From: Escherichia phage ST2
Length of the DNA: 64,000 bases
Reading direction: 5' to 3' (one strand)
Sequence record: OM982647
In this document: one piece after another, positions 31,693-41,793 of the stretch
How the letters are laid out: every line of letters begins with the position of its first letter
How positions within the stretch are numbered: the first letter of the stretch is position 1
Translations under genes and position numbers: made by a program
The notes under the pieces: model-generated
Told to the model about the DNA's origin: nothing
The model's database searches: none
The model's input: the letters and a program-made list of their open reading frames with translations, nothing else

Positions 31693-33461
31693 AACCTGAA
31701 GAAATGAAATCCATGCGTAGAAATAAGGTCATTGCCGATAATAAACCACAAAAAGTAGCTGCAACAGCAGCTACCGATTCATTAGAAGCATTGAATAACA
31801 TTTCATCAAAACTAGACGATGTCCAAGCCGCGTCTGAACTCACATCACAAAGTGTAGAAGATAAAGGCAATGGAATTATTGAATCAATTGGAGACTTAAA
31901 GAATTCGACAGATAATACTGCTGAAGGCACAGAGCTTATCGCAGAAGTTATTGAAAAACAAACTGAAGTCACTAAAAGTATAAACGAAGTTTCTAGTGCA
32001 ATAAGCTCTAAGTTAGACAGATTAGCTACATTATTAGAGCAAAAATTACAAACATCTACCGCTATTCAAAATACAGGAGGCACCTCTCTTGAAGTAATTG
32101 AGAACGCAATACCTGTTAAAGTGGTTGAGAACGAAACTTCTGATGAGTTGTTTAAAGCATTACCTACACCTGAAAAGATTGATAATAAGCCAGACGAAGA
32201 TTTCTTCCCGGTCCCGGTTCAAGAAAGTGCTAATTCTACTTCCGATTCTAAAAGCGGAATTAGCTTTAAATTGAGCGATAAAATTGCAATGCTCACCAAA
32301 ACAGTTCAAACCGGGTTTAATAAATCAATATCAATTTCAGACAGAATTGCTGGAATGCTTTTCAAATACACTATAACGGCCGCTATTGAAGCAGCAAAAA
32401 TGGCCGCACTTATTCTTGGTATTGTTATCGGTATTGATTTATTGATAGTCCATTTCAAATATTGGACAGACAAGTTCACTTCTGCTTGGGATTTATTTGA
32501 TGAAAACTTTACTAAATTCTCCGATGAAGCTAAAGAGTGGGGTAAATTCTTAAGTGATATATTCACTTCTATTGACTCGATAAAACAATTATGGGAAGCT
32601 GGAGACTGGGGTGGTTTAACCGTTGCTATTGTCAAAGGTGTAGGAACAGCATTAATGAACTTAGGTGAACTAATTCAATTAGGAATGGCTAAACTCTCCG
32701 CGTCTATATTGCGTGCTATAGGTTTTGGTGATACTGCGGACGAAATAGAAGGACGTGCTTTGGAAGGATTCCAAGAAACTACTGGGAACAAATTAAAGAA
32801 AGAAGACCAAGAGAAAGTCGCTAAATATCAAATGAAGCGTGACGATGGGGAATTAGGAACCGTTTCTAAAGGTCTTGATATGTTACAGCGCGGCAAAACA
32901 TTCGTTACTAACTGGGTTCGTGGTAATGACAATAAAGAAGAGTTTAGTACAAGCGATGAGCGTGCTGCGGAATCAGCAAAATTAAAAGAGTTACCTGAAG
33001 AGGAGCGTAAAGAAGCGTATATAAAAGCTAATGAAACTCGTGCGGCACTTGTTAGATTTGAGGATTATATCGATAAAATCGATATGACTAATCCGGAAAA
33101 TGCTAAAAACGTCGAGAAGTCTTATGCTGATTTAAGTAAACTTATTAAAGACCCTGAACTTAATAAAACTCCTGTTGTTAAAAAGGAATTAGATGCTAGA
33201 TTTGAAAAGCTAAATAATAAAATGGCTGAAGCCAAAAAGGCTCAGACAACAGTTAAGCCTGAATCTTCGTCTAAATCTCCGGAAGCAAAACAAGTTCAGT
33301 CAATAGAGAAAGGACGTGCTTCTGAATCTAAACAACAGCAACCGGTAGCGGCGATTAGTAACACAAATAATGTCGTCAAAAAGAATACCGTAGTCCAGAA
33401 TATGACCCCTGTAACAAGTACAACGGCTCCTGGAATTTTCCATGCCACCGGTGTTAATTAA
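31689..33461 (+). CDS. 29: tail length tape-measure / baseplate hub protein gp29
   Basis: 590 aa, same length as T4 gp29; internal hydrophobic segment. Confidence 0.93.
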   Translation: MKPEEMKSMRRNKVIADNKPQKVAATAATDSLEALNNISSKLDDVQAASELTSQSVEDKGNGIIESIGDLKNSTDNTAEGTELIAEVIEKQTEVTKSINEVSSAISSKLDRLATLLEQKLQTSTAIQNTGGTSLEVIENAIPVKVVENETSDELFKALPTPEKIDNKPDEDFFPVPVQESANSTSDSKSGISFKLSDKIAMLTKTVQTGFNKSISISDRIAGMLFKYTITAAIEAAKMAALILGIVIGIDLLIVHFKYWTDKFTSAWDLFDENFTKFSDEAKEWGKFLSDIFTSIDSIKQLWEAGDWGGLTVAIVKGVGTALMNLGELIQLGMAKLSASILRAIGFGDTADEIEGRALEGFQETTGNKLKKEDQEKVAKYQMKRDDGELGTVSKGLDMLQRGKTFVTNWVRGNDNKEEFSTSDERAAESAKLKELPEEERKEAYIKANETRAALVRFEDYIDKIDMTNPENAKNVEKSYADLSKLIKDPELNKTPVVKKELDARFEKLNNKMAEAKKAQTTVKPESSSKSPEAKQVQSIEKGRASESKQQQPVAAISNTNNVVKKNTVVQNMTPVTSTTAPGIFHATGVN

Positions 33462-33469
33462 GGATTATT

Positions 33470-34579
33470 ATGATTAGTGTAAAAGAAATAGTAGTAGATG
33501 CAAAGGATTTAAATAAAGCAATCCCAGTCTCAGAAAGTGCTGGGCAAAGCACTAAAACCGAAACAACTACTAAAACTTATGTTGCTCAATTTCCTACAGG
33601 AAGAGCAGCCGGAAATGACTCCACAGGAGACTTCCAGGTAACAGACCTTTATAAGAATGGATTATTATTTACCGCGTACAATATGTCTGCACGCGATTCA
33701 GGATCCCTCAGGAATTTACGTCCGGCATACGCCGGGACTTCATCTAATGGTATCATATCAGATTTAGCTGATAATGTGAAAGATGCAGTGACTAAATTCT
33801 CAAACGGATTGCTTCCTGCTGGAGCTAATAAATCTACTATAAATAAAACTCCTGTTGCCAATATCCTTTTGCCACGTTCCAAATCTGACGTTGATACAAC
33901 TTCACATCGTTTTAATGATATCGGTGATAGTCTTATTACTAAAGGTGGAGGTACTGCTACGGGTGTTTTAAGTAACATTGCTTCTACTGCAGTTTTTGGT
34001 GCATTAGATTCTATTACCCAAGGGCTTATGGCTGATAATAACGAACAGATTTATACGACTTCTCGTAGTATGTATGGTGGTGCCGAGAACCGTACTAAAG
34101 TCTTTACATGGGATTTAACTCCACGTTCAACTGAAGACCTTATGGCTATTATAAACATTTACCAGTATTTTAATTATTTCTCATATGGTGAGACCGGTAA
34201 ATCACAGTACGCCCAAGAGATTAAAAGTTATTTAGACGAATGGTACCGTTCAACGTTTATTGAGCCTATGACACCAGACGATGCTGTAAAAAATAAGACA
34301 TTGTTTGAAAAGATTACTGCGTCGTTAACAAACGTATTAGTTGTAAGCAACCCTACGATTTGGATGGTTAAAAACTTTGGACACACATCTAAATTTGACG
34401 GGTTAACTGATGTATTTGGCCCATGTCAAATTCAAAGCGTACGTTTTGATAAAACTCCAAATGGACAATTTAATGGTCTCGCTGTTGCTCCTAACTTACC
34501 GTCAACATTTACGTTAGAGATAACAATGCGAGAAATTATTACATTAAACCGTTCTTCACTTTATGCGGGGACTTTCTAA
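33470..34579 (+). CDS. 48: baseplate-tail tube junction protein gp48
   Basis: 369 aa (T4 gp48 is 364 aa). Confidence 0.92.
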   Translation: MISVKEIVVDAKDLNKAIPVSESAGQSTKTETTTKTYVAQFPTGRAAGNDSTGDFQVTDLYKNGLLFTAYNMSARDSGSLRNLRPAYAGTSSNGIISDLADNVKDAVTKFSNGLLPAGANKSTINKTPVANILLPRSKSDVDTTSHRFNDIGDSLITKGGGTATGVLSNIASTAVFGALDSITQGLMADNNEQIYTTSRSMYGGAENRTKVFTWDLTPRSTEDLMAIINIYQYFNYFSYGETGKSQYAQEIKSYLDEWYRSTFIEPMTPDDAVKNKTLFEKITASLTNVLVVSNPTIWMVKNFGHTSKFDGLTDVFGPCQIQSVRFDKTPNGQFNGLAVAPNLPSTFTLEITMREIITLNRSSLYAGTF

Positions 34580-35541
34580 TGTACTCTTTAGAAGAATTTA
34601 ATAACCAAGCTATAAATGCAGATTTCCAACGAAACAATATGTTTAGTTGTGTATTTGCTACTACACCATCAACCAAATCGTCTTCACTAATTTCGTCAAT
34701 TGGTAGTTTTGCTTATAATAACTTAGGGTTGGATTCTGATTGGCTAGGATTGACTCAAGGTGATATCAATCAGGGCGTAACAACCCTGATTACAGCAGGA
34801 ACACAGAAATTAATTCGAAAATCAGGTATAAGTAAATATCTGATTGGAGCAATGAGTCAACGTACGGTACAAAGCTTGTTAGGTGAGTTCACAGTAGGAG
34901 CTTATCTGATAGACTTCTTCAATATGGCATATAATAATACAGGTTTAATGATTTATTCTGTAAAAATGCCTGAGAACCGATTATCTTATGAAACAGATTT
35001 CAACTATAACTCACCGAACATCCGAATTACCGGTCGTGAAATGGACCCGTTAGTAATAAGCTTTAGAATGGATTCTGAAGCATCTAACTTTAGAGCAATG
35101 CAAGACTGGGTAAACTCAGTCCAAGACCCTGTAACAGGTCTTCGTGCTTTACCACAAGACGTCGAAGCAGATATTCAGGTTAATTTACATGCACGAAATG
35201 GTTTACCACATACCGCTGTCATGTTCACCGGATGTATTCCTGTTAGTGTCTCTTCTCCTGAGTTAACGTATGATGGCGATAATCAGATAACAGTTTTTGA
35301 TGTAACATTTGCTTATCGCGTTATGCAATCAGGTGCTGTAAATAGACAGGCTGCTTTAGAATGGTTGGAATCAGGACTTATTAGTAGTGTTTCAGGAATG
35401 TTTGGAAATAATCAGAATGATTCTGGACTAGGAAGTGCCGTATCAAGACTTTCTAGATTAGGTGGGACTGCTGGAGGTGTGTCTAATATAAACACATTGA
35501 CAGGTGTGGTGAATTCTGCGTCAAGAGTTTTAGGACTATAA
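34579..35541 (+). CDS. 54: baseplate tail tube initiator gp54
   Basis: 320 aa, same length as T4 gp54. Confidence 0.93.
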   Translation: MYSLEEFNNQAINADFQRNNMFSCVFATTPSTKSSSLISSIGSFAYNNLGLDSDWLGLTQGDINQGVTTLITAGTQKLIRKSGISKYLIGAMSQRTVQSLLGEFTVGAYLIDFFNMAYNNTGLMIYSVKMPENRLSYETDFNYNSPNIRITGREMDPLVISFRMDSEASNFRAMQDWVNSVQDPVTGLRALPQDVEADIQVNLHARNGLPHTAVMFTGCIPVSVSSPELTYDGDNQITVFDVTFAYRVMQSGAVNRQAALEWLESGLISSVSGMFGNNQNDSGLGSAVSRLSRLGGTAGGVSNINTLTGVVNSASRVLGL

Positions 35542-35548
35542 GAAAAAA

Positions 35549-35565
35549 GGGAGACGTTGTCTCCC
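35549..35565. terminator. bidirectional terminator between convergent gene 54 and the alt-distal ORF
   Basis: A6-GGGAGAC-guu-GUCUCCC-U3: near-copy of the recurrent GGGAGAC hairpin, flanked by A-run and T-run. Confidence 0.7.
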
Positions 35566-35574
35566 TTTAGGGGT

Positions 35575-35868
35575 TTATTTACGGAATGAAAGGAATGCTG
35601 GTGCTCGAAATGGAGTATCATCTTTAGAGTATTTAACTAATACGACCATTGGTACCTCTGTTTCTAAATGACCTGTCAATACACCGATAAAAATTTGATC
35701 AGTGTGCTCAGGGTCACGAAAGTTTTTAAGAGGTTCCATAGCAATATGGAATGCACCTGGGAATACTCGATTCAATTCGTCAATCACAGCTTCGTTAAAA
35801 ACATCATCTGCCGGGATAACATCTTCAACTACTAGTTCTTGACCATTAAAGCGAAGCATAGATTTCAT
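35575..35868 (-). CDS. hypothetical early protein (97 aa) downstream of alt
   Basis: ORF-track frame 35575..35940; start set at ATG 35868 preceded by GAGGAAAA Shine-Dalgarno, with early promoter just upstream. Confidence 0.6.
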   Translation of the reverse strand: MKSMLRFNGQELVVEDVIPADDVFNEAVIDELNRVFPGAFHIAMEPLKNFRDPEHTDQIFIGVLTGHLETEVPMVVLVKYSKDDTPFRAPAFLSFRK

Positions 35869-35898
35869 AACGTTTTCCTCATGTTGTTGATGAGATGA

Positions 35899-35927
35899 TA
35901 GTATCACACATCCATGTGTTTGTAAAC
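35899..35927 (-). promoter_or_regulatory. T4 early-type promoter for the 97-aa ORF
   Basis: Minus-strand GTTTAC (35922-35927, overlapping alt stop) - 17 bp - TGnATACTAT. Confidence 0.6.
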
Positions 35928-38014
35928 TATCCTTGGACAAATTTAAACGGAACTGATTCTAAATCCATTAAAGATGCTAACAATTTCAAACCTTTAGGTG
36001 CACTAGTTTTTTCTACAAATGAGGAGAACGATACCGGCTCATCTGATTCGATTTCACCCGCCATAGCAACCACCTCGCCTGTTTCCATGAGAACATCGCC
36101 GTCGTAAATGACAGCTTCATCCAACTGGTCCGAGGACATGACTTCAGCTTGAATAAATTTAAGGTTGGATTCTAAACCTGCACCGGTGTCAGATGACGCA
36201 TCTGTAATTTTATTTATCTGCAAGAGAATGCCTCTAGGCAAAATAATTTCTTGCTCATTAGGGTGATTACTCAACTGTCCTGGATAAATCACGTTAACTT
36301 TATGGGCGCCATCAATAGCCCATCCAACGTTAACACGGATTTGTTCTGGTGCATGCATAGCTGTTCTTACTTGACTAGGAGAAATGGTAACACCTTCGTC
36401 ATTATTGTCAATGTTAAGCTCTTTGCGAACTTCTTCAGGAGCAAGTCCAAGGGCAACGTTCTCTTTAAACCCGCCGAAAATAATAGGAGCTAGTGAAGTG
36501 GAAACATAGTTTCTGAAGTAGAATACCTTATTTTTAACCATTGCTTCGTAAATAGGCATTCTGATAGACTGAGCTCTATATAACGTTAGTCCTTCAGGTA
36601 AACGGTCTCCATTTAAAAACGCCGAATCAAGACCATCAATAGCGCGTTTAACTTCATCTTCATCCGCAACATCGTAAAAATCTGGTTTATAACGACCTAA
36701 CAACATATTATTGATATCGGTATACGCAGAAGAGGCATATTCACGAATAGCTCGTTTTTCAGCAACAGAGTATTGTTTAGGGTCCCGATTCATTGTTATA
36801 TTAAAGGTGCCTCTAGCCGATTCTCGTGCATAAGTATACATCACATTAGACAAGAACGCTGATTTACGTTGTTTCCAAGTTTTTTCAGATACTTCAGCTA
36901 AAACATCGTCGGCCAGTTGGAAATTATCACGTCTAAAATCTTCAAACCATTCGTCTTTAATAGAGTCTGCAATTTCGTTTGCAGCTTCAACAAAAGCAGC
37001 TAATGCTTTAACAGATGTTGTTTTTTCAGTTTTAATTTTCTTAGCAAACTTTTCTAAAGTTGGCTTAATAACACTACCATAAGAAACTTCATCAGCAAAT
37101 CTAAAGGATTCATCAATACGATTATAAATCTTATTTTCGATATCAGCAACTAAAGTGCCTTTTGCTGTGGATGATGCTTGGGCTAGTACGATTTCATATG
37201 CTTCAGGAAGTAATTCGGCTGTAGCCGGGCCACTAACTTCTTTAGCAGAATTTTCGTATTTCTGGAATAACTCACCTTCTTGGCGGTCAGCTTCTAAAGA
37301 TTGGCTTGCGGCAATAGCGCGCCGAGAAATTTTAGTACGAGCAATAACAGGCTTATCTTTACGTTTTTCTTCTACAGCAGCAATAGAACCAGCGATAGCC
37401 GTTTCTTTGGTGACCTTTTCGCCAGTCTTTTTACTCACATAAACTTCGCCAACATCAGAATCTACTTTCGTGTACAACTCTGTGTTAATGTTAGGGATGC
37501 CTTTAATATCTTCAATGTTGGCATTTTTACGAACCATCATCACATAGGTGTGTTTACCTGTGAATTGATACATTGCCGACAATACTTTAAAACGACCACC
37601 GGTTTTAGTAGAAACTAAACGAGCAAGAAGAGTTTGAAGTTGTTGTCCGCGTCCTTTCAATTTCTTGGTAGGGAATCTGAACAGAACCGCGTCCATACGA
37701 AGAGCTTTAACCTGTTCATATACTGTATTGAAAATGGTGTTGATTGCATCAATAGGAGCAGGACCAAGACCGTTTTTCAATTCAGCGAGATTACCCTTTT
37801 CAGACAGACTCATAATAACGACATGAGCATATTTGTCGCCAAGTTTAACTTGTTTTACAGCATCGCCTTCAGAAAGGTAAGAGAATAAGCGAACTACGAT
37901 GTTTGTATCGATATCACCAATTTTCCAGACTTGTGGAACTTTAGCTTTAGGGTTCAAATTGACGACAGGAAGACTGCCTTCAGATTCAAACACTTCATTT
38001 AATTGTTCAGACAT
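35927..38014 (-). CDS. alt: Alt ADP-ribosyltransferase (virion-packaged, modifies host RNA polymerase)
   Basis: 695 aa (T4 Alt is 682 aa); position 54-alt-30 as in T4. Confidence 0.92.
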   Translation of the reverse strand: MSEQLNEVFESEGSLPVVNLNPKAKVPQVWKIGDIDTNIVVRLFSYLSEGDAVKQVKLGDKYAHVVIMSLSEKGNLAELKNGLGPAPIDAINTIFNTVYEQVKALRMDAVLFRFPTKKLKGRGQQLQTLLARLVSTKTGGRFKVLSAMYQFTGKHTYVMMVRKNANIEDIKGIPNINTELYTKVDSDVGEVYVSKKTGEKVTKETAIAGSIAAVEEKRKDKPVIARTKISRRAIAASQSLEADRQEGELFQKYENSAKEVSGPATAELLPEAYEIVLAQASSTAKGTLVADIENKIYNRIDESFRFADEVSYGSVIKPTLEKFAKKIKTEKTTSVKALAAFVEAANEIADSIKDEWFEDFRRDNFQLADDVLAEVSEKTWKQRKSAFLSNVMYTYARESARGTFNITMNRDPKQYSVAEKRAIREYASSAYTDINNMLLGRYKPDFYDVADEDEVKRAIDGLDSAFLNGDRLPEGLTLYRAQSIRMPIYEAMVKNKVFYFRNYVSTSLAPIIFGGFKENVALGLAPEEVRKELNIDNNDEGVTISPSQVRTAMHAPEQIRVNVGWAIDGAHKVNVIYPGQLSNHPNEQEIILPRGILLQINKITDASSDTGAGLESNLKFIQAEVMSSDQLDEAVIYDGDVLMETGEVVAMAGEIESDEPVSFSSFVEKTSAPKGLKLLASLMDLESVPFKFVQG

Positions 38015-38054
38015 AGTGTTTTCCTTTTAGTAATAATTTATATTTATGCCAAAA

Positions 38055-38070
38055 AGAGCCCGAAGGCTCT
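38055..38070 (-). terminator. UUCG-tetraloop stem-loop upstream of alt
   Basis: Minus strand AGAGCC-UUCG-GGCUCU followed by U-rich stretch, overlapping the stop of the small ORF downstream of gene 30. Confidence 0.5.
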
Positions 38071-38258
38071 TAATCCACAATCGGGAGCAAAGTACGATAA
38101 ACTTCAAAATTAGGGCCTTTTTCGTACCCATTAACGTTATCTACGAAAACCCGATACGAATTTTCATTAGGAAAATCTAATATAATCTGAGAGCAAGAGG
38201 TGGAAACATCTCCACCATCCTTCTTAGCTACAATAACTGTTTCTAAATAAGCTTTCAT
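38070..38258 (-). CDS. hypothetical small protein (62 aa) between gene 30 and alt
   Basis: ORF-track frame 38070..38279 overlaps gene 30; first ATG is at 38258, overlapping the ligase stop as TAATG; weak ribosome-binding site. Confidence 0.35.
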   Translation of the reverse strand: MKAYLETVIVAKKDGGDVSTSCSQIILDFPNENSYRVFVDNVNGYEKGPNFEVYRTLLPIVD

Positions 38259-39751
38259 TATAAACCTGTCTGGGACCACGGTCCAAATACGTCTTCAAAT
38301 GAATCCGCTTCTGTTTTATCAAAACGGAACCCTTTAATAATTGGAAGGAAAATACCTACAGTACCTTCACGGCCTTTAGAATGAACCCAACCATTACATT
38401 CACAATCAGCGATACGTCCAATTAATTTACCTTCACGAGCTTCGGTCATTAATCGTTCACGGTCTAAATCATGACGCTCGTCTAAAGGAATAAGAACCTT
38501 TACACCATCAACTGTTTTATGAGTTGTATCTTTAAAACCTGAACCACAATCGGTTGTAATACGACGACAACGTGATACGAGTTCGACACCACCTAATTTG
38601 TTAGGGTCTTTAGAGTGTTCATAGTATCCTACAACTTCTAAAGCGATATCAATAACTTCTTTAAATTTAATTAGATTCTTAGAGCGTTTGTTTTCCCAAT
38701 ATGAATCACGGTTTTTAAGGATAATACCTTCAAGACCTTGGTCAACATATTTTTTATAAACCACTTTAGCTTCGTCAAGATTACGAACTAACTGATTTTC
38801 AATTGGCTCAATTCGCTTAAAGCCTTCAGCCATATTTTCAAGAGCAGCAAAACGAACATCGTATTTCTGACCTTTAATTTTGCCGTCAGAATAGACTTCA
38901 TCTAAAGGAACATAGTCCCAGGCTTGAAGAACCATACCTTCCGCTTCTTTAGGAGAAATAGTCCCTTGAAGAGATTTATTTGCTAAACCGTTTGAAGTGC
39001 TACGGTCTGCAACTTGTACTTCTTCGGATTCTTCATTATCACCAAATAAGAACGACAGGTCATTTCCTGAGCTCACAGCCTTTTTAATATCAAATGAATG
39101 ATAAACTAATTCACCGTCGATTAAAACCCCATTAGGGTGTCTTTCACGAGCTTCTTTAGTCATTTCCATTAGTTCATCTGCTAATAGAGTAAGACCATGG
39201 TATTCATTACCGGCACGAGAAAAGAATTGAACACCATCATCGCGAACTTCAGCGAAACAACGAGCACCATCGGCTTTTAATTGAGCAAATGCAGGCCATT
39301 TAATATTTTTAGTAATCAATTTCTCATCATATGCAGATGCTAACATCTGTGGCTGCAATTGAATAAGACCAGGCCACACCTTATTCGCGATAGACACTGA
39401 AGCACCTACTTCAAGGTCGCGCATCATTACACGACGAAGGACTTCTACATCATCAGGTTTACCATCAGCGATATAACCCATGAGCTCTTTAATTGCAGCA
39501 TTACCAGTGAGTTTACGAGTGGCTAATGTGAACTCAATAAAATCCAACATGTCATCTAATTCAAGAAGACCATACGCTTGAGACCTTTCACCTGGTCCTG
39601 GCCATTTCTTAATATAATACTGGATACCACGTGCATATGTTAAACGATACACACGTTCAAGTAATTTGTTGTCCTTATTTTTCTTAAGGATTTCTTGTTT
39701 TGTTTTAGTAGAACCGATCGCAGCTATTTGGTTTAAAATATCTAAAATCAT
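38258..39751 (-). CDS. 30: ATP-dependent DNA ligase gp30
   Basis: 497 aa (T4 ligase is 487 aa); adenylation motif I K-A-D-G-A-R (LKADGARCFAEV). Confidence 0.96.
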   Translation of the reverse strand: MILDILNQIAAIGSTKTKQEILKKNKDNKLLERVYRLTYARGIQYYIKKWPGPGERSQAYGLLELDDMLDFIEFTLATRKLTGNAAIKELMGYIADGKPDDVEVLRRVMMRDLEVGASVSIANKVWPGLIQLQPQMLASAYDEKLITKNIKWPAFAQLKADGARCFAEVRDDGVQFFSRAGNEYHGLTLLADELMEMTKEARERHPNGVLIDGELVYHSFDIKKAVSSGNDLSFLFGDNEESEEVQVADRSTSNGLANKSLQGTISPKEAEGMVLQAWDYVPLDEVYSDGKIKGQKYDVRFAALENMAEGFKRIEPIENQLVRNLDEAKVVYKKYVDQGLEGIILKNRDSYWENKRSKNLIKFKEVIDIALEVVGYYEHSKDPNKLGGVELVSRCRRITTDCGSGFKDTTHKTVDGVKVLIPLDERHDLDRERLMTEAREGKLIGRIADCECNGWVHSKGREGTVGIFLPIIKGFRFDKTEADSFEDVFGPWSQTGL

Positions 39752-40017
39752 TTGATGTCCTCGATTTTGGTTACGGTTCTATTATAAGCCACTTCATCTA
39801 GAAGCGATTTCAGCGTTTTCTGATAAGTGGTAATCCGTTTACCGAGTCCTTCAACGTAGTATTCTGAAATGTAGATGAACCCTTGTTCAACACACTCTTT
39901 AAATATTTCTGCGTCTTTTACTGAACGAAACAATGGCCAGTCTCGAAAGAACATGTTAACGTGACCGTAGTCACGCGTTGTGTTTTTACCATCTGTAATA
40001 TCATGAACTACAAACAT
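39748..40017 (-). CDS. hypothetical protein (89 aa), 30.1-position
   Basis: ATG start with AAGGGA Shine-Dalgarno; overlaps gene 30 start by 4 nt. Confidence 0.6.
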   Translation of the reverse strand: MFVVHDITDGKNTTRDYGHVNMFFRDWPLFRSVKDAEIFKECVEQGFIYISEYYVEGLGKRITTYQKTLKSLLDEVAYNRTVTKIEDIK

Positions 40018-40026
40018 AAGTATCCC

Positions 40027-40851
40027 TTAACAATTTATAGACCAAGTCCATTTAGACGAATCTAAAGGAAAGTTTTGAATCGTCCACCACGGCCGCATAT
40101 CGGTTGGTCCTGGGGTTCGCCAGGTATATGGAGTACGTGTTGTCGAGGGGCCACCAATTTGATTAGGCCATGCACCTGGACTTGTTGCACCAGATTCTTT
40201 AAGCAAATCCGCCAATCGTTTTAAAAGGTCTTCACGATCTGAATCTGAATTATGCTCGGGTGGAACCAAACGAGATTCAATATCATCCCACGTGTGTACA
40301 CGTTGTGCAGTGCGAGGAATATCATCACGTTCACCACGAGCCAACCAATAAATCGGTACATTAAGAATTTCTGCCGCATGGTCACAGTGATGAGCTAAAT
40401 CGTCAACGTAACAAATCACGTTATATTTTGTTTTAGCTAGTTCGAATAATTGTTCCTTTGAAGAATCATGACCACACATCATTACTTCAGAGAAAGCGCC
40501 TGGGAACAAAGCGTTCAAATTAAATTGTCTATTCAATCGAGCATCAATTGAATCACCTAGCGCCGTCACGGCTACAAAATTATAGTCTTCTTTTAGTTTA
40601 TTGATAACTCGAAGAGCATCCGAATAAGGCGCTAAGTAACGAATAAAATCAGAGCGATTATATTTTTCTATTAATTGTTTACCAAGGTTATCGTCGGTAT
40701 TGAACAGTTTACCAGGAGAAATAAATTTTTCGTCCTGAATCATTTTTAAAATATGTTCTAATGGAAGATTATATTTTTGGGCAAAATAAGGAAGCCCAGA
40801 TTGCCAGCTTAAACATACACCATCAATATCAGTCAAAATAGTAGGTTTCAT
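40027..40851 (-). CDS. HAD-superfamily hydrolase (5'-nucleotidase-like) with unusual Trp/Pro-rich C-terminal extension
   Basis: N-terminal HAD motif I (ILTDIDGVCLSW, DxDG), later aspartate-containing motif (VICYVDDL); C-terminal ~55 aa is W/P/T-rich and encoded by a locally GC-rich stretch. Confidence 0.75.
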   Translation of the reverse strand: MKPTILTDIDGVCLSWQSGLPYFAQKYNLPLEHILKMIQDEKFISPGKLFNTDDNLGKQLIEKYNRSDFIRYLAPYSDALRVINKLKEDYNFVAVTALGDSIDARLNRQFNLNALFPGAFSEVMMCGHDSSKEQLFELAKTKYNVICYVDDLAHHCDHAAEILNVPIYWLARGERDDIPRTAQRVHTWDDIESRLVPPEHNSDSDREDLLKRLADLLKESGATSPGAWPNQIGGPSTTRTPYTWRTPGPTDMRPWWTIQNFPLDSSKWTWSINC

Positions 40852-41300
40852 AAAGAGTCTCTTAATAGGTTTAACACATCAATAAATTCAACTTCGGTTA
40901 GTATTGTATCATCTTTTGTTAGGTGGCTGGCCATGCTGTGCTTCAAAATTTTTCCTTTAGAGGCTTGTAATGCATCACGAAACCCCTTGTTTTGGATCGC
41001 GGCTTCAAAATATGCATTTGTATATAATTCTTTCCACGCTTCGGAGTATCTTGAAAATGGAACTCCTAACCAGAAGAGAGTCCCACGGTCCTGAGCTCTT
41101 GCATAAGACCTTCCAGCTTGCTGTGCAGCCAATCCAGACAACCTGAATATACGTCTTTGTTGTTCAACATTTTTCACCTTACATCCTTGGAGAAATCCTT
41201 CAAGTCCTCCGAATTGAATACCATCCATGACGAAAGGCCATTGGGCGAAGTTACTTAATGCACATGACGGCCATGGAAAATTGCTTCTGATTTCAATCAT
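40848..41300 (-). CDS. NADAR / YbiA-like (DUF1768) domain protein
   Basis: 150 aa; ALSNFAQWPFVMDGIQFGGLEGFLQGCKV aligns with the E. coli YbiA core DFSNFAAWPIKVDGKTWPTSEHYFQAQKF. Confidence 0.75.
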   Translation of the reverse strand: MIEIRSNFPWPSCALSNFAQWPFVMDGIQFGGLEGFLQGCKVKNVEQQRRIFRLSGLAAQQAGRSYARAQDRGTLFWLGVPFSRYSEAWKELYTNAYFEAAIQNKGFRDALQASKGKILKHSMASHLTKDDTILTEVEFIDVLNLLRDSL

Positions 41301-41491
41301 AGTCTTTTAAGGCTTTTGATAACTTCTAATTCAGAACTCATGCGAACGTCTTCAGTTCCATCGACCCATAGGACGGTGTAGGCTTCTTTAATTTGAGTAT
41401 TACCTAATTTAAAAGCAGGTAGAACCTTTGAAATCATTCCAGGAATACCTATGCCTTTTAACTGGACTGTTTGCGATAAAAATAGTTGCAT
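41297..41491 (-). CDS. hypothetical protein (64 aa)
   Basis: ATG-initiated ORF overlapping neighbours by 1-4 nt in the early operon. Confidence 0.5.
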   Translation of the reverse strand: MQLFLSQTVQLKGIGIPGMISKVLPAFKLGNTQIKEAYTVLWVDGTEDVRMSSELEVIKSLKRL

Positions 41492-41778
41492 TAGAACCTC
41501 ATCTGGAACCCGTGTGATTTAACATTACCACCGTAGATGTCAGAGGTATTGACTTCACGGGCGGCACTATGGACGATATTGATATCGTGGTTGAGCTTAG
41601 TGATTGCTAAGGTATCACGGCCGTTAACAGTACGGAATTCTACCGGGCACACAACATCAGCATAAGCCTTAATAGATTCACGAGTAGGTTGTTTGTCGGC
41701 AGGAACGTCTTTACCTGCTTTAGAGAAAACAACTTCACAGAAATTTTTACGAGTATCGAAATAAGTGGTCATAAACAT
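41491..41778 (-). CDS. hypothetical protein (95 aa)
   Basis: ORF-track frame 41491..41811; the first 11 codons are the terminator hairpin at 41794-41809, so start set at ATG 41778 preceded by GAGGAAAA. Confidence 0.55.
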   Translation of the reverse strand: MFMTTYFDTRKNFCEVVFSKAGKDVPADKQPTRESIKAYADVVCPVEFRTVNGRDTLAITKLNHDINIVHSAAREVNTSDIYGGNVKSHGFQMRF

Positions 41779-41793
41779 AATATTTTCCTCAAA

